A DNA stretch of 64,000 bases from Candidatus Nomurabacteria bacterium RIFCSPHIGHO2_02_40_30 (GCA_001785445.1 MFTV01000016.1:159859-223858), one strand, 5' to 3'. Numbered from the stretch's first letter, positions 28,195-41,172 are shown. Notes: generated by a model not told the origin, from the letters alone. Made by a program: numbers and translations.

Positions 28195-30210
28195 TTATAT
28201 CAAAAACGCCACCAAAAGTAACGCAACTATGTTTAGTATTTTGATCATAGGATTGATAGCAGGACCAGCTGTGTCTTTATATGGGTCTCCTACAGTGTCT
28301 CCGGTAACTGCAGCCTTATGGGCCTCACTACCTTTTCCGCCATGGTTTCCTTGTTCAATGTGTTTCTTGGCATTGTCCCATGCACCCCCTCCAGAAGTCA
28401 TTGAAATCGCCACGAAAAGTCCGGTAATAATAGAGCCTACCAGTAACCCTCCCAGAACCACAAAACCTTTCTCTTGACCAAAAAGCAAAATGACTAATAT
28501 CGGCGCGAATACAGGGATAAGAGCCGGCAGTATCATTTGTTTGATAGCTGCACCGGTAATAATTGATACGGCCTTGGCATAGTCCGGCAACGCTCTCCCT
28601 TCCATGATTCCTTTTATTTCTCTAAATTGTCTCCTGATTTCTTCCACGACTTTGCCGGCAGTTTTACCCACAGCTTCCATGCATAATGCTCCGAAATAGT
28701 ACGGCAAGAGTCCTCCGATAAAAAGCCCGACAATCACATATGGATTACTCAAATCAAAAGTTATGGCCTTGCCAGCTTTTGCAATCTCTTCTGTGTAGGA
28801 GGCAAAAAGAACAAGCGCGGCGAGTCCGGCCGAGCCTATAGCGTAGCCTTTAGTGACTGCTTTAGTAGTGTTGCCTACGGCATCTAGTGGATCAGTAACA
28901 TCGCGAACTTCTTTCGGAAGCTCGGCCATCTCGGCAATGCCTCCGGCATTATCGGTGATAGGGCCATAGGCGTCTATGGCCACAATAATTCCTGTCATGG
29001 AAAGCATAGACATTGCGGCCACAGCTATTCCGTACAGGCCAGCGTAGTTGTAGCTTACTAATATCCCAAGAACGATTGTAAATAAAGGCCAAGCAGTGGA
29101 CTTCATTGATATGGCTAAACCTTGAATCACATTTGTGCCGTGACCGGATACCGATGCTTCCGCAATTGATTTCACGGGAGCATATTTTGTCGAGGTAAAA
29201 TATTCTGTAATTATGACCAGAGCTCCAGTAACAAAAAGACCCACCACTGAACAAATAAATAAGTCCATTACCTCGTATTTGCCATTACCTGCCATCAATA
29301 ATTTAGTAACAGGGTAGAAAGAAATTAAAGCAAGAATTCCGGAAGCTACTAGACCTTTGTATAAAGCTCCCATTATATTACTCGATTGATTACCCAAACG
29401 CACAAACCAAGTGCCGACAATTGACGCAAAAATTGCTACTCCGCCAATTACTAACGGGTAAAGAATTGCATTTTCAAAACCGACAAAAAGTAGGGAACCG
29501 AGTAGCATTGTAGCCACTGAAGTAACAGCGTAAGTTTCAAATAAGTCCGCAGCCATACCGGCGCAGTCGCCAACATTGTCGCCAACATTGTCTGCGATAA
29601 CTCCAGGGTTTCTTGGGTCGTCTTCTGGTATGCCTGCCTCAAGCTTACCGACAAGGTCTGCGCCCACATCCGCTGCTTTGGTAAAAATTCCTCCTCCTAA
29701 TCTTGCGAAAATAGAAATTAGCGAAGCCCCGAAGCCAAGGCCGACAAGCGCGGTAATATCTTTGGTAATTGCATAAAATAAAGTGACTCCAAGTAAGGCA
29801 AGGCCCACTACCAGAAGCCCGGTAACTGTGCCGCCTTTAAATGCTAGAGAGAGAGCACTTTCTATACCTTGTCTGGCAGCTTCTGTTGTGCGGACATTTG
29901 CTCGCACAGAAACATTCATACCTATGTATCCAGCGAGAGCAGAGAAGACAGCTCCGATCAAAAATCCGAGAGCCATAGTCCAGCCGAGCTTGGGTACAAA
30001 ACCAATAATAAAGAAAAGTATTAATGCTATAACTGCAATAGTTTTGTATTGTTTATTTAAATAAGCACTAGCACCGTCTTGTATTGCTTTGGCAATTTCC
30101 TGCATGCGCGCATTTCCGGCGCTCTTTTTTAAAATTGACTTAGCTAAAAATAAACCGTAAACAATAGCCACAACGGAACTGATAATTGCAAACCATAAAA
30201 AGTTACTCAT
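28195..30210 (-). CDS. hppA: Membrane-bound ion-translocating pyrophosphatase, probably K+-independent H+-PPase
   Basis: [27 protein letters not shown]; GNTTKA carries Lys at the K+-dependence position. Confidence 0.93.
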   Translation of the reverse strand: MSNFLWFAIISSVVAIVYGLFLAKSILKKSAGNARMQEIAKAIQDGASAYLNKQYKTIAVIALILFFIIGFVPKLGWTMALGFLIGAVFSALAGYIGMNVSVRANVRTTEAARQGIESALSLAFKGGTVTGLLVVGLALLGVTLFYAITKDITALVGLGFGASLISIFARLGGGIFTKAADVGADLVGKLEAGIPEDDPRNPGVIADNVGDNVGDCAGMAADLFETYAVTSVATMLLGSLLFVGFENAILYPLVIGGVAIFASIVGTWFVRLGNQSSNIMGALYKGLVASGILALISFYPVTKLLMAGNGKYEVMDLFICSVVGLFVTGALVIITEYFTSTKYAPVKSIAEASVSGHGTNVIQGLAISMKSTAWPLFTIVLGILVSYNYAGLYGIAVAAMSMLSMTGIIVAIDAYGPITDNAGGIAEMAELPKEVRDVTDPLDAVGNTTKAVTKGYAIGSAGLAALVLFASYTEEIAKAGKAITFDLSNPYVIVGLFIGGLLPYYFGALCMEAVGKTAGKVVEEIRRQFREIKGIMEGRALPDYAKAVSIITGAAIKQMILPALIPVFAPILVILLFGQEKGFVVLGGLLVGSIITGLFVAISMTSGGGAWDNAKKHIEQGNHGGKGSEAHKAAVTGDTVGDPYKDTAGPAINPMIKILNIVALLLVAFLI

Positions 30211-30214
30211 TTTT

Positions 30215-31372
30215 TTATTCGTTTATTTTATCACTAATAATTTCTTTGTCCGGAACTACTGTGCCATCGCCCTTGATATCTATTCTCCAACCAGTGAGTT
30301 TGGCGGCTAGGCGCACGTTTTGTCCGCCCTTGCCGATAGCCAGAGACAATTGGTCATCAGCCACTTCTACCACAGCTTTATGTTCTTTTTCGTCTACTTC
30401 GATAGAGATAACTTTGGCTGGGGACAGAGAATTAGAAACAAAAATTTTAGGGTCAGAAGACCAAGGAATAATATCAATTTTTTCTCCAGAGAGCTCGCTG
30501 GTAATAGTGTTTACTCGCGTGCCTTTCTGTCCGACGCAAGAACCGACAGCATCAATGTGTTCGTCATTAGAAAATACCGCTATCTTAGAACGCGCTCCCG
30601 GCTCTCTAGCTATAGACTTCAACTCTACAATTCCATTCTGGATTTCTGGCGCTTCAATGGCAAAAAGTTTCTCTATAAATTTAGGGTGCGTACGGGAAAG
30701 GCGCAAATTGATGCCCCTAGGGCTGTCTTCCACCGAGTATAGGTAGGCGCGGACTCGTTGTCCTCGCTCCCAAAATTCCCCTGGGATTTGTTCTTCCGCC
30801 GGCAAGATACCGGTCGCACGGTTAAAGTCTATATATATATTTCCTCTCTCAACTTTCTGCACCACTCCGCCAACTATTTCTCCCTCTTTGGTGCCATATT
30901 CGTCTATTATAGAAGTGCGTTCTGCCTCGCGGATTTTCTGGATGATGACTTGCTTGGCCGTCTGGGCGGCTATGCGTCCGTAGTCTTCTTTGGCCTCCAG
31001 TGGAAAAATAATTTCATCATTTAATTCTACCCCTTTTTTTATTTTCTTGGCGTCTTCGAGCATGATGTGATGCTCGGCGTTGAAGTGCACGCGTTCATCC
31101 TCGGTATCTTTTACCGAATACTCTTTCTCTTTTTTATTTTCTTCACCCACGATTGCGATACTTTCATCCACCACGATTTTCACTTGGAAGAATTCTGTCT
31201 TGCCGGTGTCTAAGTTAAATTTTGCGCGAATTATTTGTCCTTTTTTGCCGTAATCTTTTTTGTAAGCGGCAGCCATGGCTTGCTCTATGGCGTCTAGGAT
31301 TTTTTCTTTTGGAATTTTTCTCTCTTCTTCTAATTGCTCCAAAGCTGACTTGAATGTTTTGATGTCTAACAT
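30215..31372 (-). CDS. nusA: Transcription elongation factor NusA
   Basis: [13 protein letters not shown]1 and KH domains, [20 protein letters not shown]. Confidence 0.97.
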   Translation of the reverse strand: MLDIKTFKSALEQLEEERKIPKEKILDAIEQAMAAAYKKDYGKKGQIIRAKFNLDTGKTEFFQVKIVVDESIAIVGEENKKEKEYSVKDTEDERVHFNAEHHIMLEDAKKIKKGVELNDEIIFPLEAKEDYGRIAAQTAKQVIIQKIREAERTSIIDEYGTKEGEIVGGVVQKVERGNIYIDFNRATGILPAEEQIPGEFWERGQRVRAYLYSVEDSPRGINLRLSRTHPKFIEKLFAIEAPEIQNGIVELKSIAREPGARSKIAVFSNDEHIDAVGSCVGQKGTRVNTITSELSGEKIDIIPWSSDPKIFVSNSLSPAKVISIEVDEKEHKAVVEVADDQLSLAIGKGGQNVRLAAKLTGWRIDIKGDGTVVPDKEIISDKINE

Positions 31373-31382
31373 ATATTTTTGT

Positions 31383-31411
31383 ACCAGATAGAGGCTAAAC
31401 CTCTATCTGGT
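31383..31411. repeat. Hairpin just upstream of nusA
   Basis: accagatagagg-ctaaa-cctctatctggt (12-bp arms). Confidence 0.65.
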
Positions 31412-31535
31412 GGTTATTAAATTTTTCTAATAAAAAAGCCCCGTTGTTACAGGACTTACCAATTGGGAGCATACCACACCCCTTTTTTTGATGCAAGCAC
31501 TTGACTTATATATATAACAAGTATATGGTGTATAT

Positions 31536-31808
31536 ATGAATAATGCAGTTATAAATTTTAATACAGATGCTAAACTTAAAAGCGAGGCGAAACAAGTCCT
31601 AGACGAGATGGGACTAAATTTCTCTATTGCCTTAAATGCTTATTTAAGGAAACTAGTTGTAGAAAAAAGGATAGAGTTTACTACACCAGAGATACCCAAT
31701 GCTCGTTTAAGAAAAGCGATAAGAGAAGGGCGCAAAGAGTATGCCACTGGAAAGATGAAAGTCTATAAAACTCACGAAGAATTGGAGAAGCATCTCCTGT
31801 CTTTATGA
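31536..31808 (+). CDS. RelB/DinJ-family antitoxin
   Basis: INFNTDAKLKSEAKQVLDEMGLNFSIALNAYL; IPNARLRKAI; overlaps the toxin gene (ATGA). Confidence 0.88.
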   Translation: MNNAVINFNTDAKLKSEAKQVLDEMGLNFSIALNAYLRKLVVEKRIEFTTPEIPNARLRKAIREGRKEYATGKMKVYKTHEELEKHLLSL

Positions 31809-32068
31809 TTGATATATTAACTAGTAAAAAATACGATAAATCTTTCAAAAAGAAAGATAAATTTGTGCAACAGAAAGCTCTTGAGCGAATAAGACTTTTT
31901 AGAGAAGACCCCTTTAATGCCTTATTAGATAATCACAAGTTACATGGAGAATATGAAGGGTGCAACAGCATAAATATTACTGGGGATTTTCGGGCAATTT
32001 TTGAATATATTACTAAAAATAAAGTAGTCTTTTACGACATAGGCACCCATCCGGAATTATATCGATAA
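31805..32068 (+). CDS. RelE/YafQ-family mRNA interferase toxin
   Basis: LDNHKLHG, SINITGDFRAIF, DIGTHPELY. Confidence 0.88.
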   Translation: MIDILTSKKYDKSFKKKDKFVQQKALERIRLFREDPFNALLDNHKLHGEYEGCNSINITGDFRAIFEYITKNKVVFYDIGTHPELYR

Positions 32069-32074
32069 ATGTGA

Positions 32075-32114
32075 AAGAAGACAAAAACGGTCTAAAAGCC
32101 GTTTTTGTCTTCTT
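32075..32114. terminator. Probable bidirectional terminator between convergent genes
   Basis: Perfect 16-bp IR aagaagacaaaaacgg/ccgtttttgtcttctt. Confidence 0.75.
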
Positions 32115-32169
32115 AGTCTTTCTTTTTTTATTTCGTCCTTATAAATAAAGGTTTTTTATACACTATTTA

Positions 32170-32486
32170 CCCCCACACCTTTTGTTTTATTGAAGACTTT
32201 CGGAGATTCTTTTTTTCAATTGCCCAAGTGCCTTACCATCTTTCTTTAACATATATTCTCTTGTCCTAGCGTCATCCTCACTCTTACAAGCTTCATAATA
32301 TCGAATTTCAAATGGTCTTCTAGCTTTAGTTGAACGATTAAGTCCCTTGTTATGTTCCGAAAGTCTTCGCTTCAGGTCATTGGTTGAGCCTATATATAGT
32401 TTGTCATCTTTTAAGCTTTTTAGAATATATACATAAAACATAATCATATTATAGGACCTGAAGCTATAAAACGAAAGGTGTGGGGG
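32170..32486. mobile_element. Candidate mini mobile cassette: GIY-YIG gene inside terminal inverted repeats
   Basis: cccccacaccttttgttttat (32170-32190) and ataaaacgaaaggtgtggggg (32466-32486), 20/21 complementary. Confidence 0.6.
32187..32441 (-). CDS. Small stand-alone GIY-YIG endonuclease
   Basis: FYVYIL..LYIGSTNDLKRRLSEHN..STK..RPF..YYEA..ARTRE; 84 aa. Confidence 0.9.
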   Translation of the reverse strand: MFYVYILKSLKDDKLYIGSTNDLKRRLSEHNKGLNRSTKARRPFEIRYYEACKSEDDARTREYMLKKDGKALGQLKKRISESLQ

Positions 32487-32514
32487 GTTATCCACCTTTT
32501 ATGCACAATATGTA

Positions 32515-32542
32515 TTGACAAACAGGGGAAGGGTGGTATAAT
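32515..32542 (+). promoter_or_regulatory. Consensus sigma70 promoter
   Basis: TTGACA-N16-TATAAT with TGn. Confidence 0.6.
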
Positions 32543-32649
32543 TGACAGTAGGAATAATTCGTTGCGTAAACAGGATGTTTACGCTTTGACAATTTCGTTT
32601 TTTTTGGGTTTCCGTCAGAAGATTGACGGAGCCCATGAAAGGGTTTTTT

Positions 32650-33393
32650 ATGAAGAAGTTTTTGATGGCCGTAGCCATCATCGTTGTGATGACGACGATG
32701 GCTCATGGCCAGCAGGTAGTCTTGGCTCCCGGAAGAGTTCCGGGGGTCGAGGGCTACCTTCCTGTGGTCGTGGCTGGTGACGGAAACCAGACCACACTAC
32801 TAGTGCGGGGGCCAGCAGGCACAGCGAAAAAAGTTGGTTTCGACTTGTTCGACCAGGATGGTCAAGCGAGTCAGCTCCTCGTAAATGGGGAGCCAGCAGT
32901 TTTATTCGTGGCGGTTACTAATCCCATGACGGGAAAGGTTGTCACCGAACTGACATGGAGTGGTCAGTTCAAGGTGGTTTGGGTGAAAGTTACCCAGCCA
33001 CTGAACATAAACGGAGTGCCAGAGACCTCGGTCTCCATGGCGCTCCAAAAGGTTATCGGCGCAGGTGTCGTTCCCTTCGCCGCTGACCTTGCTCCCGTGG
33101 AAGCGACGAAAGTCGCCACCTTCTACGGCGGGAAAAGAACTGGGTTGGCTTTTTGCAACCCGAACGACACAACCGTAACGATTTCGATCACCAGAGAGGG
33201 GGCGGAGGTCGTTACAAAAAATCTTGCGCCAAAAGCGCAAGTCTCCCTTTTCCTGGGGGAGTTGTTCTCAAAGTTTTCTTCAGGAGTCGAGTTCATCCGA
33301 ATCGACTCCAGTCTGCCGGTGGCCGTCATGCCACTCGTCACAGACGGAGAAAATTTCTTCACCCTGTCGGTGGACAGAGTGAGGGGGAATTAG
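32650..33393 (+). CDS. Secreted beta-rich hypothetical protein, GC-richer than its neighbours
   Basis: Signal peptide MKKFLMAVAIIVVMTTMAHG; TGLAFCNP and SSLPVAV segments. Confidence 0.75.
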   Translation: MKKFLMAVAIIVVMTTMAHGQQVVLAPGRVPGVEGYLPVVVAGDGNQTTLLVRGPAGTAKKVGFDLFDQDGQASQLLVNGEPAVLFVAVTNPMTGKVVTELTWSGQFKVVWVKVTQPLNINGVPETSVSMALQKVIGAGVVPFAADLAPVEATKVATFYGGKRTGLAFCNPNDTTVTISITREGAEVVTKNLAPKAQVSLFLGELFSKFSSGVEFIRIDSSLPVAVMPLVTDGENFFTLSVDRVRGN

Positions 33394-33562
33394 GGCGGTG
33401 CGAGGAGCACCGCCCCCAGAAGCCTTTTGCTTCTGGTTCATATCGTTTTTATATGTGCCGGAAGCAAAATGTCTTCTGGCATTTTTTATTGCCCAAAATT
33501 GATTTGGTGTATAACTTTTTATTGCATTGCAGTATAGCAGGGTATATAATTGTTCTATATAT

Positions 33563-34282
33563 ATGATGACCCAGAATTCTAAAATAGGCCTAGGACTAGT
33601 TGCTGTTATTATTTTGGTCTTGATAGTTTTCTGGTACCCGAGTTATAAAGTTCAAAATATTCAAAATGAACAAAAAGATAAGTTAATTTTGGACGATAAA
33701 GTTTACAAGCTCAACAAGCTAGTGCTAGCTCACGAATGCTCTCAAGTTTTAGAAGAAGCTGAAGCGTATCTCTCAACAAATGCCGACGCCGAGCAAATTT
33801 GGAGCGCATTAGGAGCTTGCCAGTTTGACCTCGGAAAATTTAAAGATGCAAAAGATAGTTTTCAAAAAGTTCTTGCATTAGAACCCGAAAATGTTGCCGC
33901 CAAGAACTATTTAAAACAAATGGAATTTAAAACAGGTGAAATTGTGGTTACCGGCACGGAAACTCCTTTTGATAAGATAGAGTTCGAGTCGAGGATGGGA
34001 CTCAACTTTGATGAGATTTTGACTTTTGTAAAGGCCACCGAGAAACCTTCCAATATATTGGAGTATTTATTAGCAAGCTATACCACTACCAACAGCTTGG
34101 ACAACACAATTTTATTTTTGAAAGATGCTTTGAAAAAAGCCGGCATGAATTTTACTTTTTCTGGAGCCAAAACAGGCACCATTATTTCTTATGGGAATGA
34201 AAAAGAAAGAAAAATAATCATGCTTGAGAAGAAGAATTCTTTAGTAAAAGTGGAAATGAATTATCAAAAATTAACAAATTAA
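33563..34282 (+). CDS. Membrane-anchored TPR protein
   Basis: N-terminal TM helix; [31 protein letters not shown]. Confidence 0.8.
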   Translation: MMTQNSKIGLGLVAVIILVLIVFWYPSYKVQNIQNEQKDKLILDDKVYKLNKLVLAHECSQVLEEAEAYLSTNADAEQIWSALGACQFDLGKFKDAKDSFQKVLALEPENVAAKNYLKQMEFKTGEIVVTGTETPFDKIEFESRMGLNFDEILTFVKATEKPSNILEYLLASYTTTNSLDNTILFLKDALKKAGMNFTFSGAKTGTIISYGNEKERKIIMLEKKNSLVKVEMNYQKLTN

Positions 34283-37200
34283 TGAAAAACAAACATTACA
34301 CATTATTATTCGCAAGCATAATTATCTCTATTTTTTTTGGGGTAAACCTTGCCAATGCTTCCACTCTCAATGTCTCCGGCTGGGCAAACTCTGCTTGTAA
34401 TGCAAGCAACGGTACTTCTTTTTCCATTACCGAAGACAGGTCTTTTTATATTACTAATGCTTGGATCGGAGGCAATGGAGTATGGGATGATCAGATAGGA
34501 TTTTCCGGCACATTTAACGGAAATGTTGTCGTAAATACCAGCGCTGGTTGGTCAGGTGGATGTAGTGGTGATGCTCAAGCTGGAAGTGGCTACACTGATT
34601 TTTATCCTCTCTCTATGACTGGCTCAACGGACAACGATACTTTTACTTTTTCTCTTCTGGCTCTGCAAAAAAGAGATGAGATATCATCAAGTAATACCTT
34701 TCATGGAAGCATTGAATATAGCTACACAAAAAATCTCTGTAGTCCCGGGCAATATACTTTAAACAATGGATGTGTATGGGACACCGGAACGATTTCCGTT
34801 AGCGCAGGTGGTACCACTGTCACCAGTAGCAACGCTAGTCCCGGAGGGTCTGTATCATGCACCGCTCCTTGTAGCCCAGTAATTAGTTGGAATGTAACCA
34901 GTGGTTTGCCTAGTTCTGGTCAAGTTAGAAAAAATAATGCGGTTTGGAACAGCGGGAACAATTCTGGCAATGTGACAGACTCTGGGCTTGGCGTCGGAAC
35001 TTACTCATATGATTTATATATTCAAGATGGCCACGGAGATTATCAAGGAATTCAAGGTCCGACTGTAACAGTTGCCGATGTTCCTATTGTCCCTACCCCC
35101 ACAGCCACTATGTCTGTTTTAGTAACTAAATTTGACCTTACTCCGACTAAAAAAAGTGACACGGCTACTGTAAAAAATGAAAGTGCGACAAGTGGTGGAA
35201 GTTTTGGTGTTATATGTACTGTTCCAACAGCTTTTCCTGGTCTTACATCAAGTTCAATAGATTGTCCTGACTCAGAATCATTTACTGCCAACTCCAGCAA
35301 ATCTTTTTCTGTAACACTTGACTCTAATACTCCAACTACTCCTGGAACTTACACAGGAGTTATGAGGATAAAAGCTACTGGAGAAAATGGAACAATTGTT
35401 TCAGGTGATTCAAAGGATATTGCCATTAGTTACGTTGTGCCTACAGTCGTAACTCCTGTTCCCACTTGTAGCGCTGACCCCACGACTGTTTTGGTTGGAC
35501 AAAATACCACTTTGACTGGGAGAAGCGGTGACGGTAGCAATTATTCTTGGTCAGCTTCAGGTGGCAATTTCAGCTCCACTAGCGGCAAGACGGTTACCGT
35601 AAACTTTGGTTCCACAGGGCAGAAAAATATATCCGTGACCAGTGGAGGCTCCACGGGTGCTTGCGCAGTTACTGTCAGCGCTACACCTGTTATGTCGGGC
35701 ACCCTTACTCCGTCGTCAACCTCTTGCGAAATTTATTCTGGTGCTTCTACTTGTAACGTAACCTTAACTTGGAGCACAACTAATCCAGAAGCTACATCTG
35801 CTGTGACAGCTGCTGCTTCACCATATGCGCCTGCTGTTAATGTAAGTGGAAATTCCGGCTCCCAATCTTTTGCTGTTCCGTATAGTAGTCGAACTTTTTA
35901 TCTTTATAACAACGCTAAATCTCTCGTTCCCACTTCTCCAAATGGCACTGGGGTAACTGTTACTTCAAGCTGTGTGGCAGGAACCACTTGGACTAGTGGT
36001 GCTTGTATTACAACTACAGCGCCACCGTCGCCTACGTGTCCTTCTGGCCAAACAGGAACACCTCCAAATTGTACAACACCTCCAACTTCAGGTAGTGTAA
36101 CTCTTACGGCTAATCCTAACTCAGGACCTGCGCCATTAAACGGAGTATCTCTCCGCGCAGCCGTTGGCGACTCTGCAGGATGGAAATATTATTATTATTT
36201 CTTCTGTAATGCCCCAAATCCAGTAGCCGTTCCTCCGGGTGGTTCTAATCCTCCATTTAATAACGATGGTGGGTCTGTGACGTATACTTCAAGTACAACT
36301 GCCAACTCAAGCAATAACTGCAATTATTCTTCTGCTGGTACTTACACCGGCAGAGTAGCTGTTTTGAAATATCAAGGTTCAGACCCGTTTACGACCAACT
36401 ACTGGCAGAATTCTTCAAACTGGAGACAGGCAACTGCTGCAGTGACAGCTACCACTCCTGTTTCTCCTATCACCGTCTCTCTCACTGCCAATCCACCTTC
36501 TATGACTCTACCTACCAACTCTACTATTCTGACTTGGACAACCACCGGTAATCCGACAAGTTGTATAGCATCCAACGGTTGGAGTGGAGCCAAAACAGCT
36601 AGTGGTGGAACTGAAAACAGAACAGGTCTGACTGCTCAAACCTATACCTACAATATTACCTGTTCAAAGTCAGGAGTGCCTGATGTTATAGACACAGCGA
36701 CGGTGGTGGTTACTGCCCCTGTTATGTCCGGCACTCTTGCTCCCACTAATCCTCCCGGACTTTCTTCTTGTATTATCGCATCTGGAGCTTCCGCCTGTAA
36801 CATAAATTTTTCTTGGACTACCACTAACCCTGTGAGCACTTCTTCTGTTACTAGAAATCCATCTTCCGGTTTTAATCCACCTCTTCAAAATTCTGGCACT
36901 AATGTTCCTTTTCCTGTGCCATACAACACCGCCACTTTCTTTCTTTATAATAATAATACCGAACTTGCTCAAAGCGCTGTCACTGCCAGTTGCGTGTCCG
37001 GCACTACTTGGGATGGGAGTAAGTGTGCTGTACCGTTGCCAGCGGCTCCGTCTAACCTGCAAGCGAGCAACGCTATCTGTGGAGCTATCCGCCTGACTTG
37101 GCAGGATAATTCCAACAACGAAACTGGGTTTAGAATTTACCGTAGTCGAAGCCAAAGCTTCAGCATTGGTGGATACTATGCTACCGTTGGAGCCAATGTT

Positions 37201-40200
37201 ACGAGCTATACTGACCCAACCCCAATGCAATTTTCCAGCAACTATTACATGATTGCATCTTACAACGGGGTTGGGGAGAATTACAGCAATGCCGTTTCCA
37301 TAACTCCTACCGGCTGTATGTCCGGCTGGTTAGATCCATCTGTTAGTTGCACTATTTCGGCAGGACAAAATAGTTGTAACGCAAACCTGTCTTGGAACAT
37401 AAATAATCCGGAAAGCACCCCAACAGCTATTACAGCCAGCGGTATGACCAATATAAATGTTTCCAATTCTTTGTCCACTCCCCAGTCAGGTACTCAAGCC
37501 GTATCTGTGCCATACAACAGCAGAACATTCTATCTTTACAACAATTCTAAACCTCTTGCTACCAGTGCTGCCACTGCTGATTGTGCCAATAATACCACCT
37601 GGACTGACGGTAAATGTTTGCTTAATTCATACACCGTCACTGCCACTGCCGGTCCTGGGGGCTCTATTTCTCTTGCGCCAAGTTCATTAAACACAAACAC
37701 GATTTCTTCGTGTGGCGAGATTAAAACCCCGGGGAATTATACTTTAGACAGAAACATATCTTCTTCGGGTACCATGTGTCTGAATGTGCATGATGTTTCA
37801 AATGTGCATCTTAACTGCAACAACTATTCAATTACCGGATCAAATGTTTACAGTGGCATGGCGACAGTTTATTTCAAAAATGTAAATAATTTTTCTCTCG
37901 AATCATGTACAATCGTTGCTGGTGGGGGTAGTCCAGTATATATTGGAAACAGTACACAAGGCACCATCAGAAAAAATACAGTTGGGAAATATGCTATGCA
38001 GGTTTTTAATAGCTCCGACCTCACGATCAAAAATAATACTTTCGATGCATCTTATTCGCAATACTATACCAACGGAAGTATCATAGAAAATAACTCATTT
38101 AGTGTGGTCATAGGTCCATCAAGTTTGGGACGTTCTTCTTATCCGGGAGTTGTTGTTTCAGCCGGAGGCTTTAATAATCGAATTGTGAACAATAATATTG
38201 ATGGAAAAGCTAGGGGTGTACTCAGTGAAGAAATAGGAGCAGATGACGGCATTGTTCTTGACGATGAAAGAGATGATTTTGTTCAAAACAATATCATCAA
38301 AAACAATTGGGATTGCGGGATAGAAACTGTCGGATTTATCAGAAATACCATTATGAGTGGCAATACAATTTCCAATTCTGGTCTGTGCGGAATAGGCGCT
38401 TGGTACCGCAATAGTTGGAAGGGAAATATAATTTCCGACAATATAATCAGTGATGCTCCTAACATGTTTTACTTTTTTCGGGTTTTTGGATTACAACCCA
38501 ACGAAACTTACGTTTATTTTGTTGATAACGCATTTAGTGGAAATAAATTTTTAAATCCACGAATCTCAAGCTCTGCACTTTTTAATTTTAGTTTCTTTGA
38601 TTACCGTAATAGTGGAAAAACAATCAATCCGGAAAATCTAGTCCTTGGGAACAATCGGTTTAGTAACAATGACTTTGGTGTTACAAACATGAATCCACCA
38701 CAATTTTATCCTGCCTCCATGATCGTTGATGGAGGCGGTAATAGATGCAGTAGTATAAACAGTTTCGGTAACCCTCTAGCTTGTTCGGGATCCGTGGCAT
38801 TTTCTCCTACTCCTACTTCTATTTCAGCGCTTGCTATTTCTTCCATTTTTTCTCCCACTCCAGCCCTCGCCGCTTCCGTTTCTTCCAGTACTTCTCAAAA
38901 AGTAAACTACGGTGATAAAGCCACTTTTACTGTTACCCCAGACACGGGCTATTCCACATATTCTATTACTGGTTGTAATGGTTTATTATTTGGCGCCACT
39001 TACACTACTGAACCTATTACTGGCGATTGCGCTGTCTCAGCTACGTTCAACATTAATAAATACACCGTTACTACATCTGCAGGTCCCGGCGGTTCAATAT
39101 CTCCAGCTTCCAGATCAGTGGACCATGGTTTAACTACAACCTTTACTGTTACCCCTGACTCCGGTTATTCCATAGGTTCCGTCACCGGTTGCGACGGCTC
39201 AGGTACTGCTAATTATACAACCGGCCCTATTGTCAGTAACTGTATTGTTTCTGCAACCTTTTCATTTATTCCAGTTATGTCCGGCACTCTTGTTCCCACT
39301 GACCCTCCCGGACTTTCTTCTTGTGTAATTTCCGCGGGACAAAATAGTTGTAATATAAATCTGTCTTGGAGTGTAACAAACCATGAAGGAGCTGTGACAG
39401 CTATAACTGCCAACGGAATGGCCAATAGAAATTACTTCAATATATATTCAGGCACTGATTCTTTTACTGTTCCATACAATGATTTGGGTGTATACTTTTT
39501 CCTTTACAACAGCGGCAACAAACTTGCGGAAACAAAAGTTTCCACTGTCTGCGACACTGGCACTAACTGGGATGTCAATGTTAGTAAATGTGTTTCTCTG
39601 GCTGCTGATTTGACAGCTGGCGCTGTTACGCCAACAACTGCCACGGTTAATATATCGACTACATTCTCATCTCCTGTTTCCAATATTGGCAGTGTTTCTA
39701 CCGGAAACTCTTTCTTCAACTTCTTTCAAGTTGCTACTGCTATCAACGGAGGTGGTACTATCACTGACCTAGGAGCAACCAACATGGGAACTCTTAATGC
39801 CGGTTCACAGAGTACGAGTACGAAATCACACATTTTTTCTTCCACAGGGAACTATTCTATTCGTGTTTGCGCGGACAAGAGTTCGTCCGGAAATTCGGGG
39901 ACTATCACTGAATCAGACGAGAACAATAACTGCGGGATCTGGACAAATATCACGGTTACTAGCACCGCAGTGCCTGCGGGGGACATCTCCGCCACTTCTT
40001 GCGTTATCGCAAGTGGTGCGTCTACCTGTAATTCGTCAGTGACTTGGAGCACTCAAAATCTTACTGCTGGGGCTACGGAAGTTACCAGAAACAATCCAAA
40101 TGGCACTCATGTTTCTTTCAATACTTCTGGGACTAATGTAAATAATGCAGTCAACAATGGAGAAAGTATTTTCTACCTATATCATAATATTAGCGGGACT

Positions 40201-41172
40201 CCTACTGTTTTAGACTCTACAGAGATAAATGCTTCTTGTGATGTCGGTACGGTTTGGGACGGAAGTAAGTGTGCGCCGAGCGCACAGCCTTCTGGTTGGA
40301 TCAGGTGTAATGATTTAGACACTATATGTACTATCTCTTATAATTCTTCAGCCACCATTACTTGGTTTACTGCCAACACCAGTTCATGTACAGTCGCCCC
40401 TACAGGTTGGACTGGCACAGCAAGTCAAACAGGAAAATCAACTGGTGCTCTAACTGCCAATACGGCTTACGACTTAAGTTGTAATGGGATAGATGGTTCT
40501 AATTTCAGCAAACACCTTGATGTTGTCGTTGATGCTCCTCTGGTACCGATTGACGGGGGGTGGAGCAATTGGGGAAATTGCAGTGAAATCTGCGGAGGGG
40601 GTATACAAACTCGTTTTTGTAACAATCCGGCGCCGAATAACGGTGGCGCCATTTGCTCTGGTGATTCCGTTCAATTATGTAACGTTCAATCTTGCAGTGG
40701 TGGTCGCGCCAATGGTTTATGTGCACCTATCGCCGCGCCGACACACTATAACTGTTCAGTAGGAGGGACCTATGTTCCAGATGGAGGCGTTGACCGTGAC
40801 GACGGCACGACTGATACTTGGACTTGGACATGCAAAGGTAATGCTGCGAAAAATTCATTTTGTTCAGAGTCAAAGTCAGTTGCTACTTGCGAAGATACAG
40901 CAGCTGTTAATTTCGGAGGAGCTACTCCGTGCTCTTATGTTGTTATTGACGTACAACGTTGTGACGACCCATCTGCCAACAACAACGGCAATCCTGTACC
41001 TTGTACCTACGATAGTCCAAATATTTGCAACGACCCAGAGGCTAACAACCTTGGAGCCAGCGCCTCCTGCACATATACTTCTGGGAAAGTATGCCGTAAT
41101 CCATTTGCTAGCAATTACGGCAGAGCGCTTCCTTGTAAATATCAGAAAAAACCAAGCTTCATAGAAAATTAG
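34282..41172 (+). CDS. Giant secreted modular surface protein (2296 aa): Cys-Ig-like repeats, PKD-like, FN3, beta-helix, InlB-B-like repeats, CARDB, TSP1
   Basis: Signal peptide; FN3 ([18 protein letters not shown]); TSP1 ([27 protein letters not shown]); CARDB (ESDENNNC); parallel beta-helix repeats; C-terminal C.DP.A.N repeats. Confidence 0.88.
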   Translation: MKNKHYTLLFASIIISIFFGVNLANASTLNVSGWANSACNASNGTSFSITEDRSFYITNAWIGGNGVWDDQIGFSGTFNGNVVVNTSAGWSGGCSGDAQAGSGYTDFYPLSMTGSTDNDTFTFSLLALQKRDEISSSNTFHGSIEYSYTKNLCSPGQYTLNNGCVWDTGTISVSAGGTTVTSSNASPGGSVSCTAPCSPVISWNVTSGLPSSGQVRKNNAVWNSGNNSGNVTDSGLGVGTYSYDLYIQDGHGDYQGIQGPTVTVADVPIVPTPTATMSVLVTKFDLTPTKKSDTATVKNESATSGGSFGVICTVPTAFPGLTSSSIDCPDSESFTANSSKSFSVTLDSNTPTTPGTYTGVMRIKATGENGTIVSGDSKDIAISYVVPTVVTPVPTCSADPTTVLVGQNTTLTGRSGDGSNYSWSASGGNFSSTSGKTVTVNFGSTGQKNISVTSGGSTGACAVTVSATPVMSGTLTPSSTSCEIYSGASTCNVTLTWSTTNPEATSAVTAAASPYAPAVNVSGNSGSQSFAVPYSSRTFYLYNNAKSLVPTSPNGTGVTVTSSCVAGTTWTSGACITTTAPPSPTCPSGQTGTPPNCTTPPTSGSVTLTANPNSGPAPLNGVSLRAAVGDSAGWKYYYYFFCNAPNPVAVPPGGSNPPFNNDGGSVTYTSSTTANSSNNCNYSSAGTYTGRVAVLKYQGSDPFTTNYWQNSSNWRQATAAVTATTPVSPITVSLTANPPSMTLPTNSTILTWTTTGNPTSCIASNGWSGAKTASGGTENRTGLTAQTYTYNITCSKSGVPDVIDTATVVVTAPVMSGTLAPTNPPGLSSCIIASGASACNINFSWTTTNPVSTSSVTRNPSSGFNPPLQNSGTNVPFPVPYNTATFFLYNNNTELAQSAVTASCVSGTTWDGSKCAVPLPAAPSNLQASNAICGAIRLTWQDNSNNETGFRIYRSRSQSFSIGGYYATVGANVTSYTDPTPMQFSSNYYMIASYNGVGENYSNAVSITPTGCMSGWLDPSVSCTISAGQNSCNANLSWNINNPESTPTAITASGMTNINVSNSLSTPQSGTQAVSVPYNSRTFYLYNNSKPLATSAATADCANNTTWTDGKCLLNSYTVTATAGPGGSISLAPSSLNTNTISSCGEIKTPGNYTLDRNISSSGTMCLNVHDVSNVHLNCNNYSITGSNVYSGMATVYFKNVNNFSLESCTIVAGGGSPVYIGNSTQGTIRKNTVGKYAMQVFNSSDLTIKNNTFDASYSQYYTNGSIIENNSFSVVIGPSSLGRSSYPGVVVSAGGFNNRIVNNNIDGKARGVLSEEIGADDGIVLDDERDDFVQNNIIKNNWDCGIETVGFIRNTIMSGNTISNSGLCGIGAWYRNSWKGNIISDNIISDAPNMFYFFRVFGLQPNETYVYFVDNAFSGNKFLNPRISSSALFNFSFFDYRNSGKTINPENLVLGNNRFSNNDFGVTNMNPPQFYPASMIVDGGGNRCSSINSFGNPLACSGSVAFSPTPTSISALAISSIFSPTPALAASVSSSTSQKVNYGDKATFTVTPDTGYSTYSITGCNGLLFGATYTTEPITGDCAVSATFNINKYTVTTSAGPGGSISPASRSVDHGLTTTFTVTPDSGYSIGSVTGCDGSGTANYTTGPIVSNCIVSATFSFIPVMSGTLVPTDPPGLSSCVISAGQNSCNINLSWSVTNHEGAVTAITANGMANRNYFNIYSGTDSFTVPYNDLGVYFFLYNSGNKLAETKVSTVCDTGTNWDVNVSKCVSLAADLTAGAVTPTTATVNISTTFSSPVSNIGSVSTGNSFFNFFQVATAINGGGTITDLGATNMGTLNAGSQSTSTKSHIFSSTGNYSIRVCADKSSSGNSGTITESDENNNCGIWTNITVTSTAVPAGDISATSCVIASGASTCNSSVTWSTQNLTAGATEVTRNNPNGTHVSFNTSGTNVNNAVNNGESIFYLYHNISGTPTVLDSTEINASCDVGTVWDGSKCAPSAQPSGWIRCNDLDTICTISYNSSATITWFTANTSSCTVAPTGWTGTASQTGKSTGALTANTAYDLSCNGIDGSNFSKHLDVVVDAPLVPIDGGWSNWGNCSEICGGGIQTRFCNNPAPNNGGAICSGDSVQLCNVQSCSGGRANGLCAPIAAPTHYNCSVGGTYVPDGGVDRDDGTTDTWTWTCKGNAAKNSFCSESKSVATCEDTAAVNFGGATPCSYVVIDVQRCDDPSANNNGNPVPCTYDSPNICNDPEANNLGASASCTYTSGKVCRNPFASNYGRALPCKYQKKPSFIEN

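Noticed and set aside
34282-41172. Diversity-generating retroelement target
   Set aside because: Repeat differences are not adenine-specific and there is no reverse transcriptase in the window.
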